Under the pieces are notes generated by a model. It saw nothing but the letters and a program-made list of their open reading frames with translations, ran no database searches and was not told where the DNA came from. A stretch of DNA of 27,285 nt. It comes from a virus. Taxonomy: Duplodnaviria > Heunggongvirae > Uroviricota > Caudoviricetes. Both the position numbers and the translations under genes were made by a program. Below are positions 20,171 to 27,285 of this stretch, one piece after another (position 1 is the first letter of the stretch; every line of letters begins with the position of its first letter). The stretch covers positions 1-27,285 of IMG/VR virus record IMGVR_UViG_2724679238_000012, one strand, 5' to 3'.

Positions 20171-21654
20171 TGGCCAGAAGTTGCGTAACGGACCCACGTT
20201 GGCGCGAGCTGGTGGCGCTATATCGTTATGACTGGATTGCGGCCGCTGATGTGTTGTTTGGGAAGACACCAACCTGGCAGCAGGATGAGATCATTGAGTC
20301 CACGCAGCAGGACGGCAGTTGGACAAGTGTGACCTCCGGCCATGGTACTGGTAAGTCGGATATGACGAGTATCATTGCAATACTCTTCATCATGTTTTTC
20401 CCCGGCGCTCGCGTTATTCTGGTCGCTAACAAAAGACAGCAAGTCCTTGATGGTATTTTCAAATACATAAAGAGCAATTGGGCTACTGCTGTTAGCAGAT
20501 TCCCGTGGTTGTCGAAGTATTTCATTCTTACAGAAACGTCTTTTTTTGAGGTGACTGGCAAGGGTGTTTGGACAATATTGATAAAGTCCTGTCGCCCCGG
20601 AAATGAGGAGGCGTTGGCTGGTGAACACGCCGATCATCTCTTGTATATCATCGACGAAGCGTCGGGTGTGAGTGATAAAGCATTCAGTGTGATAACAGGT
20701 GCGCTGACCGGTAAGGATAACCGTATTCTGCTTCTTTCCCAGCCTACGCGACCTTCAGGCTATTTCTACGATTCACACCACAGACTAGCTATTCGCCCGG
20801 GAAATCCTGATGGATTGTTTACTGCGATAATACTGAATAGTGAAGAATCTCCGCTTGTAGATGCAAAATTTATACGAGCAAAACTTGCGGAGTATGGCGG
20901 TCGTGATAACCCCATGTACATGATCAAAGTACGTGGTGAATTTCCCAAATCTCAAGATGGCTTTCTTCTTGGTCGTGATGAGGTTGAGCGGGCGACGCGG
21001 CGAAAGGTCAAGATTGCCAAAGGATGGGGCTGGGTTGCATGTGTTGACGTTGCTGGTGGCACAGGACGAGATAAGTCCGTTATTAATATCATGATGGTGT
21101 CCGGCCAGCGAAATAAACGCCGTGTAATCAACTATCGTATGCTGGAATACACAGACGTTACAGAAACGCAGTTAGCCGCCAAGATTTTCGCAGAATGTAA
21201 CCCAGAACGGTTCCCGAACATAACCATAGCTATTGATGGCGATGGCTTAGGGAAATCGACGGCTGATCTGATGTACGAACGCTATGGTATTACCGTCCAG
21301 CGTATCCGCTGGGGGAAAAAGATGCACAGCCGTGAAGATAAAAGCCTTTATTTCGATATGCGCGCTTTCGCGAATATTCAGGCGGCAGAAGCTGTAAAAT
21401 CAGGGCGTATGCGGCTTGATAAGGGGGCTGCGACTATAGAGGAAGCATCAAAGATACCGGTAGGGATAAATTCCGCAGGTCAATGGAAGGTGATGTCAAA
21501 GGAAGATATGAAGAAAAAACTCAACCTGCACTCACCGGACCATTGGGATACATATTGTTTCGCTATGTTGGCGAACTATGTTCCCCAAGATGAAGTGCTT
21601 AGCGTCGAAGACGAAGCGCAGGTTGATGAAGCTCTGGCATGGCTTAATGAGTGA
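20170..21654 (+). CDS. pacB: PacB, terminase large subunit
   Basis: 494-aa ORF whose ATG overlaps the pacA stop (TAATG); size matches P1 PacB. Confidence 0.9.
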
Positions 21655-21657
21655 AAA

Positions 21658-21674
21658 CTTGCTCTAATAAATTG
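21658..21674 (+). promoter_or_regulatory. C1 operator (CTTGCTCTAATAAATTG, 15/17) just after pacB
   Basis: Seen 4 nt after the pacB stop, followed by TTGACT. Confidence 0.6.
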
Positions 21675-21806
21675 TGTTTTTTGACTACCGATGTTACATT
21701 GAACCTGACCTCTTGCGCCTTGAGGCATTTTCGGTTTATGCTTATCAGGCACCTCATTAAAACGGGTGCCGGGATTGAGACCCCGGATAATGTCAAAGGC
21801 GACACA

Positions 21807-21829
21807 GACGCCGAAAGCGTCTTTTTTTT
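21807..21829 (+). terminator. Rho-independent terminator (gacgc-cgaaa-gcgtc + T8)
   Basis: 5-bp GC stem, 5-nt loop, then tttttttt on the plus strand. Confidence 0.5.
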
Positions 21830-21869
21830 GTGTCATGCCATCGCACAGCCATACGTAGCGTTTAGCTCC

Positions 21870-21995
21870 GAGATCAATGGTAGTGCTGGCTGGGCTGCCG
21901 AAAGGCAGGCCGGTTCCCTTTGACGCCGGTAGTCTCAACCCAGTCAGTGCTACCGCCATTGAGATTGAGACCTCACGCGGTAGCTCCTTAACTTA
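21870..21995 (+). ncRNA. Candidate c4-like antisense RNA / structured regulatory leader upstream of the icd-like ORF
   Basis: GNRA-loop hairpin ctgcc-gaaa-ggcag; ctaccg can pair with upstream cggtag or downstream gcggtag; loop gtctcaacc is complementary to attgagac, which occurs in loops at about 21772 and 21965. Boundaries and strand are a guess. Confidence 0.3.
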
Positions 21996-22014
21996 GTCAA
22001 AGGAGGCTGCCATT

Positions 22015-22236
22015 ATGGCTACTATCCCTACCCCAACTCATCCTGAATTTATCTGGCGCTTTTACTCCTGCCAGAAACGTCACTATCACTTCGTTATCGC
22101 AACAACAGAAGATGAGGCTCGCTCTCAGCTTCCGGATGCTCCCTGCATTTTCTCTGCCCGTTTTTCCACTGATTTGTGCAATTCTCTCAGTTACTGGTGT
22201 CTCCCTGTTAACGCTTCTGCTCAGGAGGGACTATGA
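22015..22236 (+). CDS. 73-aa Icd-like small protein, translationally coupled to ant
   Basis: Strong RBS AAAGGAGG; stop overlaps ant ATG (ATGA); same length and arrangement as P1 icd, but sequence identity not verifiable from memory. Confidence 0.45.
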   Translation: MATIPTPTHPEFIWRFYSCQKRHYHFVIATTEDEARSQLPDAPCIFSARFSTDLCNSLSYWCLPVNASAQEGL

Positions 22237-23348
22237 GAACGTCATTAGTCACCCGTGAAGAGATGATCGAGGCAATTGAACAGCATACCGCCTGTATCAG
22301 TACCAGGGATATACCGGGCGTTATTGCCAACTATTTCATGATCACCAAACAACTTTACCGGAGAAAGGACAAGAACGCGGTTCACCGTATCCTGTTGTCT
22401 GATATCCGCGAATACCTGCTCGAACAGGGGCATCTGAATTACGCAACCATCGCAGCCGAAGCACGCAAGGAGGCACACAGAATGAAAGCAACTAACGTTA
22501 AATCAGAAAAAATTCATGCAACTTCAGTTCAGAAATCGGAGCTGGTGGTTGCTCAAAATCAGCCGGATGAAATTCCCGTTCTGGAGTGGCAGGGGGTGCG
22601 TGTAGTGACAACCGAGACTCTTGCTAAAGGGTATGGGACAGAAACAATCCGTATTCGCCAGAATCATCATGAGAACAAAGTGCGCTTTGTTGAAGGGAAG
22701 CACTTTTTCAAGGTTATTGGCGATGAGCTGAAAAATTTGCGGGTAGCTTTAAACTACTCACAAAATCCAGTCTCACCCAAAGCCCGCTCACTCACTCTCT
22801 GGACAGAACGCGGCGCTGCCCGTCACGCTAAAATGCTCGAAACCGATCAGGCATGGGCATTCTTTGAAAAACTGGAAGACAGCTACTTCCGACAAAAAGA
22901 ACAGCAACCGATCGCAATCCCCCAGACGCTTCCAGAAGCCCTGCGTCTGGCTGCCGAACTGGCTGAACAAAAGCAACTTCTGGAACAGAAAGCCCACCAG
23001 CTAAATCAGCAGCTGGTGGCCGCCGCTCCTAAAGTCGATTTTGCCGACCGGGTATCAGTAGCTAAAGGGATCCTGATTGGGAATTTTGCAAAGGTTGTTG
23101 GACTTAAGCAAAACGCGCTGTTTGCCTGGTTACGGGAGAACGGCATCCTGATAGCGTCCGGTGGACGTAAAAATGTGCCGTTCCAGCAGTACATCAATGC
23201 GGGGTATTTCACGGTGAAAGAAGTGGTGCTGGATGATGAAGATGGCTACCAGATACGGTTGACGCCTCAATTAACGGGTAAAGGCCAGCAGTGGTTGACG
23301 CGTAAACTGCTCGATGCTGGCTTGTTAAAACCGGTGGCGGCTGAATAA
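22233..23348 (+). CDS. ant: Phage antirepressor (Ant-like), ORF6N/Bro-N-type N-terminal region plus KilAC-type C-terminal domain
   Basis: 371-aa ORF; VLEWQGVRVVTTETLAKGYG...NKVRFVEGKHFFKV resembles ORF6N; C-terminal IASGGRKNVPFQQYINAGYFTVKEVVLDDEDGYQIRLTPQLTGKGQQWL typical of KilAC antirepressor domain. Confidence 0.75.
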   Translation: MRTSLVTREEMIEAIEQHTACISTRDIPGVIANYFMITKQLYRRKDKNAVHRILLSDIREYLLEQGHLNYATIAAEARKEAHRMKATNVKSEKIHATSVQKSELVVAQNQPDEIPVLEWQGVRVVTTETLAKGYGTETIRIRQNHHENKVRFVEGKHFFKVIGDELKNLRVALNYSQNPVSPKARSLTLWTERGAARHAKMLETDQAWAFFEKLEDSYFRQKEQQPIAIPQTLPEALRLAAELAEQKQLLEQKAHQLNQQLVAAAPKVDFADRVSVAKGILIGNFAKVVGLKQNALFAWLRENGILIASGGRKNVPFQQYINAGYFTVKEVVLDDEDGYQIRLTPQLTGKGQQWLTRKLLDAGLLKPVAAE

Positions 23349-23355
23349 TGGAAGA

Positions 23356-23377
23356 ATGCCCGGTTGATGCCGGGCAT
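23356..23377. terminator. Bidirectional terminator between convergent ant and c1 (atgcccgg-ttgatg-ccgggcat)
   Basis: 8-bp perfect stem lying between the ant stop (23346-23348) and the c1 stop (23381-23383). Confidence 0.55.
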
Positions 23378-23380
23378 AAT

Positions 23381-24232
23381 TTATTGCGCGCTTTCGGGGT
23401 TGTCGTTTACTGGCTGCCCCTTCTTGGTTTTACGGCTGCGCGTAACTGATGCGGCTGACTTAACCTTTTTCTCTTCGCGAGTGATGGCAATTTGTTTTTT
23501 TACATTTTCAATATCTGCCAGGCGATATATTTTTGCTTGCGGCCAGCGGTCGCAGATGATCGGTTCTATGGAGTCATAAAGGCTAAATTTTGCTTTTTCG
23601 AATTCACCGTTGATGATAATTCCATCACGGAGAGTTTCATCGCAGATAAACACGCCACACAGTGGCACATGGTAACTAACTGATTTACCATCATTGTAGT
23701 TAGGGCTACTGGAAATGTAGTGGACGCGCAGCATTGTTTCGCTAAAGCCGTGTACGCGCATACGGAATTTTTCATCCTCCGGGTACTGCTTCATTAGCTC
23801 TTTTGTTGCTTCCAGGTTCTCTATGTATTTCGCACTGTGCTCATTGATCCCCGCGCTTTTTTGGATGCGAATGTCCTTATCAATCAGATGAATAATGCGG
23901 CCAGCGGTCATGTTGACGCTGTTCACAGCTTCTGTCTGATAAGTTGTAACCTTACGCACACCGCGAAGGATGTTAGGCACTGGATATAAAATAGTCTTTG
24001 GGATATTGAGGTCTGGGTACTGTTCCAGTTCCCGCGCCATTAAAGTCCATTTATCAATTTCAGCCTGAATGCTGTCAGTTTCTTTGAACGGTAGAACGAC
24101 AACCGGGCGTACAGGACGACCGTCGCTGGCTGTATCAACGTGTTGGGCGCGTGCAACAGCTTTTTTTAGAAAGAGATCCCTGAAGCTGACGAACTCCTGG
24201 TACAGTTGTTCGCCGTAGACATAATTTATCAT
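23381..24232 (-). CDS. c1: C1 repressor (master repressor of lysogeny)
   Basis: 283-aa product MINYVYGEQLYQEFVSFRDLFLKKAVARAQHVD... recognised as P1 C1. Confidence 0.95.
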   Translation of the reverse strand: MINYVYGEQLYQEFVSFRDLFLKKAVARAQHVDTASDGRPVRPVVVLPFKETDSIQAEIDKWTLMARELEQYPDLNIPKTILYPVPNILRGVRKVTTYQTEAVNSVNMTAGRIIHLIDKDIRIQKSAGINEHSAKYIENLEATKELMKQYPEDEKFRMRVHGFSETMLRVHYISSSPNYNDGKSVSYHVPLCGVFICDETLRDGIIINGEFEKAKFSLYDSIEPIICDRWPQAKIYRLADIENVKKQIAITREEKKVKSAASVTRSRKTKKGQPVNDNPESAQ

Positions 24233-24326
24233 TGATCCTCCTCCAGAATTGACATGGTCAATAACGCCCGGCTGAGAAAACCGGTCATTACTGACCTATA
24301 TTATAGAGGGATCAAACAAAAATAAT

Positions 24327-24343
24327 AGATTTATTAGTGCATT
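24327..24343 (-). promoter_or_regulatory. C1-operator-like site between coi and c1 (Op99a/b position), 14/17
   Basis: agatttattagtgcatt compared to the reverse complement of the consensus; overlaps the coi stop. Confidence 0.4.
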
Positions 24344-24552
24344 TATTGTGAGTCTAACTGGTTAGTTGCCATGAGATATTCGATTGTGTCAGTGAGGTCA
24401 TCCAGGTCGTCTTGGGTGATGCGGTACTCCTGATTGGATATCTTTGAGTAGTGTTCAGCAATGGCGCGGGCAGCGTCGGTTTCGGCAGGGTCTACAGATA
24501 AAGCGTTAGAGCAATGTCTAACGTCGTCGATGGTTGGTTGAATGAAAGCCAT
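24343..24552 (-). CDS. coi: Coi (C1 inactivator)
   Basis: 69-aa ORF directly upstream of c1 on the same strand; size and position match P1 Coi. Confidence 0.85.
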   Translation of the reverse strand: MAFIQPTIDDVRHCSNALSVDPAETDAARAIAEHYSKISNQEYRITQDDLDDLTDTIEYLMATNQLDSQ

Positions 24553-24790
24553 AATTATGCCTCACTGTATTGACAACACAGAGCCTGAAGCTCTGACCTA
24601 CTGTTTCACCCATGATCCATGCTGGGGTAATCTAACAACATTGCGCTGTGTGTAAGATGAGCAATGCATAGCTGTAATGCCGTTGTATAAGGTTTCCCTG
24701 TTTGCTCATTTCCTTCTGAGCCGCTCTACAACGCTGAAGACACATTAAATAGTGAATCCAAAGTCGTATTACGTAACGGCGGCAAAACTA

Positions 24791-24807
24791 TAATTTATTA
24801 GAGCAAT
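24791..24807 (-). promoter_or_regulatory. C1 operator (reverse complement ATTGCTCTAATAAATTA, 16/17), Op99 cluster
   Basis: Seen in sequence upstream of coi. Confidence 0.7.
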
Positions 24808-24873
24808 TGTCAAACAACTATGAAAAACAATCCAGTTTTTGGCTGGTGGAGTGGGATTTTTCTCTCAAAATTT

Positions 24874-24890
24874 ATTGCTCTAATAATTCT
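24874..24890 (+). promoter_or_regulatory. C1 operator (ATTGCTCTAATAATTCT), Op99 cluster, 44 bp from loxP
   Basis: Seen in sequence; followed by the same TTGATTTTTA element as the operator at 8786. Confidence 0.6.
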
Positions 24891-24933
24891 TGATTTTTAT
24901 GCGCAGCTGGACGTAAACTCCTCTTCAGACCTA

Positions 24934-24967
24934 ATAACTTCGTATAGCATACATTATACGAAGTTAT
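24934..24967. other. loxP: loxP site (ATAACTTCGTATA-GCATACAT-TATACGAAGTTAT)
   Basis: Exact 34-bp canonical loxP: two 13-bp inverted repeats around the 8-bp asymmetric spacer. Confidence 0.98.
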
Positions 24968-24986
24968 CTTAAGGGTTATTGAACAT

Positions 24987-25059
24987 GATCAATTTACCTG
25001 TAAATCCATACAGTTCAATACCTTATCAGGTCAAATAGTGATCACTTGATCATTTGATC
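24987..25059. promoter_or_regulatory. Cluster of four GATC (Dam) sites in TGATCA context within the cre promoter region
   Basis: GATC at 24987, 25040, 25048, 25056; P1 cre promoters are reported to be Dam-methylation sensitive (from memory). Confidence 0.6.
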
Positions 25060-25385
25060 AAGGTTGCGCTACGTAAAATCTGCGAAATGTTGGCAGTGTT
25101 AGTGCTCCAGATTTCGCGTAGCGCACTTAGCACCACCAATCAATCAGAGGTGAAAAATGGGATATTCAACTGCTAAAGTGTCCACTCATCTTGAGCTTGA
25201 GAAAAACCGTGGTTACTGGCGGGCAAAAGGGTTTGATCGTGATAGTAGTCAACTGTCATTATCGCGCGGTGAAGAGAAAATAGAACGCACGCGCGGTCGC
25301 TGGCGTTTCTATGACGAGAACCATAAACAGGTAAAGGCAGAGCCGATCCTGTACACTTTACTTAAAACCATTATCTGAGTGTTAG

Positions 25386-26417
25386 ATGTCCAATTTACTG
25401 ACCGTACACCAAAATTTGCCTGCATTACCGGTCGATGCAACGAGTGATGAGGTTCGCAAGAACCTGATGGACATGTTCAGGGATCGCCAGGCGTTTTCTG
25501 AGCATACCTGGAAAATGCTTCTGTCCGTTTGCCGGTCATGGGCGGCATGGTGCAAGTTGAATAACCGGAAATGGTTTCCCGCAGAACCTGAAGATGTTCG
25601 CGATTATCTTCTATATCTTCAGGCGCGCGGTCTGGCAGTAAAAACTATCCAGCAACATTTGGGCCAGCTAAACATGCTTCATCGTCGGTCCGGGCTGCCG
25701 CGACCAAGTGACAGCAATGCTGTTTCACTGGTTATGCGGCGGATCCGAAAAGAAAACGTTGATGCCGGTGAACGTGCAAAACAGGCATTGGCGTTCGAAC
25801 GCACTGATTTCGACCAGGTTCGTTCACTCATGGAAAATAGCGATCGCTGCCAGGATATACGGAATCTGGCATTTCTGGGAATTGCTTATAACACCCTGTT
25901 ACGTATAGCCGAAATTGCCAGGATCAGGGTTAAAGATATCTCACGTACTGACGGTGGGAGAATGTTAATCCATATTGGCAGAACGAAAACGCTGGTTAGC
26001 ACCGCAGGTGTAGAGAAGGCACTTAGCCTGGGGGTAACTAAACTGGTCGAGCGATGGATTTCTGTCTCTGGTGTAGCTGATGATCCGAATAACTACCTGT
26101 TTTGCCGGGTCAGAAAAAATGGTGTTGCCGCGCCATCATCCACCAGCCAGCTATCAACTCGCGCCCTGGAAGGGATTTTTGAAGCAATTCACCGATTGAT
26201 TTACGGGGCTAAGGATGACTCTGGCCAGAGGTACCTGGCCTGGTCTGGACACAGTGCCCGTGTCGGAGCCGCGCGAGATATGGCCCGCGCCGGAGTTTCA
26301 ATACCGGAGATCATGCAAGCTGGTGGCTGGACCAACGTAAATATTGTCATGAACTATATCCGTAATCTGGATAGTGAAACGGGGGCAATGGTGCGCCTGC
26401 TGGAAGATGGTGATTAG
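25386..26417 (+). CDS. cre: Cre site-specific tyrosine recombinase
   Basis: 343-aa product MSNLLTVHQNLPALPVDATSDEVRKNLMDMFRDRQAFSEHTWKMLLSVCRSWAAWCKLNNRKWFPAEPEDVRDYLLYLQARGLAVKTIQQHLGQLNMLHRRSGLPRPSDSNAVSLVMRRIRKENVDAGERAKQALAFERTDFDQVRSLMENSDRCQDIRNLAFLGIAYNTLLRIAEIARIRVKDISRTDGGRMLIHIGRTKTLVSTAGVEKALSLGVTKLVERWISVSGVADDPNNYLFCRVRKNGVAAPSSTSQLSTRALEGIFEAIHRLIYGAKDDSGQRYLAWSGHSARVGAARDMARAGVSIPEIMQAGGWTNVNIVMNYIRNLDSETGAMVRLLEDGD recognised as Cre; starts 436 bp from the loxP centre. Confidence 0.97.
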   Translation: MSNLLTVHQNLPALPVDATSDEVRKNLMDMFRDRQAFSEHTWKMLLSVCRSWAAWCKLNNRKWFPAEPEDVRDYLLYLQARGLAVKTIQQHLGQLNMLHRRSGLPRPSDSNAVSLVMRRIRKENVDAGERAKQALAFERTDFDQVRSLMENSDRCQDIRNLAFLGIAYNTLLRIAEIARIRVKDISRTDGGRMLIHIGRTKTLVSTAGVEKALSLGVTKLVERWISVSGVADDPNNYLFCRVRKNGVAAPSSTSQLSTRALEGIFEAIHRLIYGAKDDSGQRYLAWSGHSARVGAARDMARAGVSIPEIMQAGGWTNVNIVMNYIRNLDSETGAMVRLLEDGD

Positions 26418-26434
26418 CCGTCAATGCATAGGAA

Positions 26435-26451
26435 ATTGCTCTAATTGTTTG
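26435..26451 (+). promoter_or_regulatory. C1-operator-like site downstream of cre (ATTGCTCTAATTGTTTG, 12/17; Op2 position)
   Basis: First 11 bp match the consensus; located 18 nt after the cre stop and upstream of the next ORF. Confidence 0.5.
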
Positions 26452-26467
26452 ATATTTATGGTGGCAT

Positions 26468-26779
26468 ATGAGAAAGGATTTCAACATCGACGGAAAATAT
26501 GTAGTGCTGTCTGTAAGCACTAATATTCAGTCGCCAGCCGTCATTGTCACTGTAAAGTTGAGCGATAGAATGCCTGATATTGACTCAATATCTGTTGCGT
26601 TCCCTGTCAAAAGTATGCGTAGTGCTGAACATTTCGTGATGAATGCCACCGAGGAAGAAGCACGGCGCGGTTTTGCTAAAGTGATGTCTGAGTTTGGCGA
26701 ACTCTTGGGTAAGGTTAACAATGTCCTTTCAATCAGTTCAGCAAGGTTCAAAGCGTTAACAGCTTCCATGATGAAATAA
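26468..26779 (+). CDS. Small hypothetical protein at the position of P1 cra (identity unverified)
   Basis: 103-aa ORF immediately downstream of cre and an operator-like site. Confidence 0.45.
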   Translation: MRKDFNIDGKYVVLSVSTNIQSPAVIVTVKLSDRMPDIDSISVAFPVKSMRSAEHFVMNATEEEARRGFAKVMSEFGELLGKVNNVLSISSARFKALTASMMK

Positions 26780-26996
26780 AAAAAAGCCTGGCAAGTAGCC
26801 AGGCTGCACAAAAAAGCGGGTTTGTATTCCGCATCCAATCAATCAAGAAGGAGTATAGCACACAGGTGCCGAAGTGAAAGAATGTGATTCTCGATAAAAA
26901 AATAAAAAATGCCATTGTTCTAATTTATTGTTATAATTAAGCGATGGCATTAGTCAACTACGAAGACATGGCCATTGCCTGCTTCTTGAAATCATT

Positions 26997-27020
26997 GGCG
27001 GCCTAAAGGCCGCCTTTTTT
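26997..27020 (+). terminator. Rho-independent terminator (ggcggcc-taaa-ggccgcc + T6)
   Basis: Perfect 7-bp GC stem, tetraloop, tttttt. Confidence 0.65.
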
Positions 27021-27022
27021 AA

Positions 27023-27285
27023 TCATTCAGCCGCCACCGGTTTTAACAAGCCAGCTTCGAGCAGTTTACGCGTCAACCACTGTTGGCCTTTCCCAGTTAG
27101 CTGGGGCGTCAGCCGTATCTGGTAGCCATCTTCATCATCCAGCACCACTTCTTTCACTGTGAAATATCCGGCGTTTATGTACTGCTGGAACGGCACATTT
27201 TTACGTCCACCGGACGCAATCAGGGGGTTCGCGCCCATTTCCTCTAAAAGTCTCACCTTGCTTAGGTAATTAATTGAATTTATTT
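27023..27285 (-). CDS. Second antirepressor-like gene, KilAC C-terminal domain only in window (5' part lies beyond the right edge)
   Basis: C-terminal 60 aa nearly identical to the C-terminus of the 22233..23348 Ant protein (one E/D difference); the reading frame stays open upstream of the track's start through to the window end. Confidence 0.6.
   Translation of the reverse strand, partial: INSINYLSKVRLLEEMGANPLIASGGRKNVPFQQYINAGYFTVKEVVLDDEDGYQIRLTPQLTGKGQQWLTRKLLEAGLLKPVAAE

Noticed and set aside
21576-21959. Minus-strand 127-aa ORF and plus-strand 90-aa ORF (21651..21923) spanning the pacB end and the structured region
   Set aside because: They overlap the pacB 3' end, a terminator and hairpin-rich sequence; the region looks like RNA structure rather than coding.
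23364-23775. Small ORFs 23364..23579, 23492..23683 and 23566..23775
   Set aside because: Located inside or antisense to c1, whose product is confidently recognised.
26782-26815. Hairpin gcctggc-aagta-gccaggc after cra as a plus-strand terminator
   Set aside because: It is preceded rather than followed by the A/T run on the plus strand, so it is a poor plus-strand terminator; the clear terminator is at 26997..27020. It may instead be a structural element associated with the CCAATCAATCA motif.

Overview
This window reads as a segment of a P1-family phage-plasmid (Enterobacteriaceae), running from late/accessory genes through the immC region and across loxP-cre. Recognised directly from the translated ORFs and DNA motifs: Phd/Doc addiction module with its palindromic operator, PacA/PacB terminase with the pac site (4+3 clustered TGATCA/GATC hexamers inside pacA), C1 repressor and Coi, a canonical 34-bp loxP, Cre recombinase preceded by a GATC cluster, and at least eight copies of the 17-bp C1 operator (ATTGCTCTAATAAATTT-like). 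Cre starts 436 bp from the loxP centre, which matches my recollection of reference P1 numbering. Several things do not fit the reference P1 layout as I remember it (unverified without alignment): (1) a complete type I (IC/EcoR124-like) hsdM-hsdS-hsdR system sits immediately upstream of phd; (2) a solo IS200/IS605-family tnpB sits between lpa and pacA; (3) an immI-like module (structured RNA leader, 73-aa icd-like ORF, 371-aa ORF6N/KilAC antirepressor) lies between pacB and c1, with a second ant-like gene running off the right edge; (4) a 3.1-8.8 kb accessory block holds a zinc-ribbon protein, a VRR-NUC nuclease, a coupled four-gene operon (two paralogous Rossmann-like proteins, a PPP-family phosphatase, a GT-A-like transferase), and a coiled-coil protein plus HAD-like phosphatase bracketed by C1 operators. 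The two best candidates for an undescribed system are the four-gene operon at 4118-6643 and the coiled-coil/HAD pair at 6945-8786; I could not decide between them from sequence alone. Family assignments for the accessory genes are from motif recognition only, with no database search run. No CRISPR array, tRNA or rRNA was seen.
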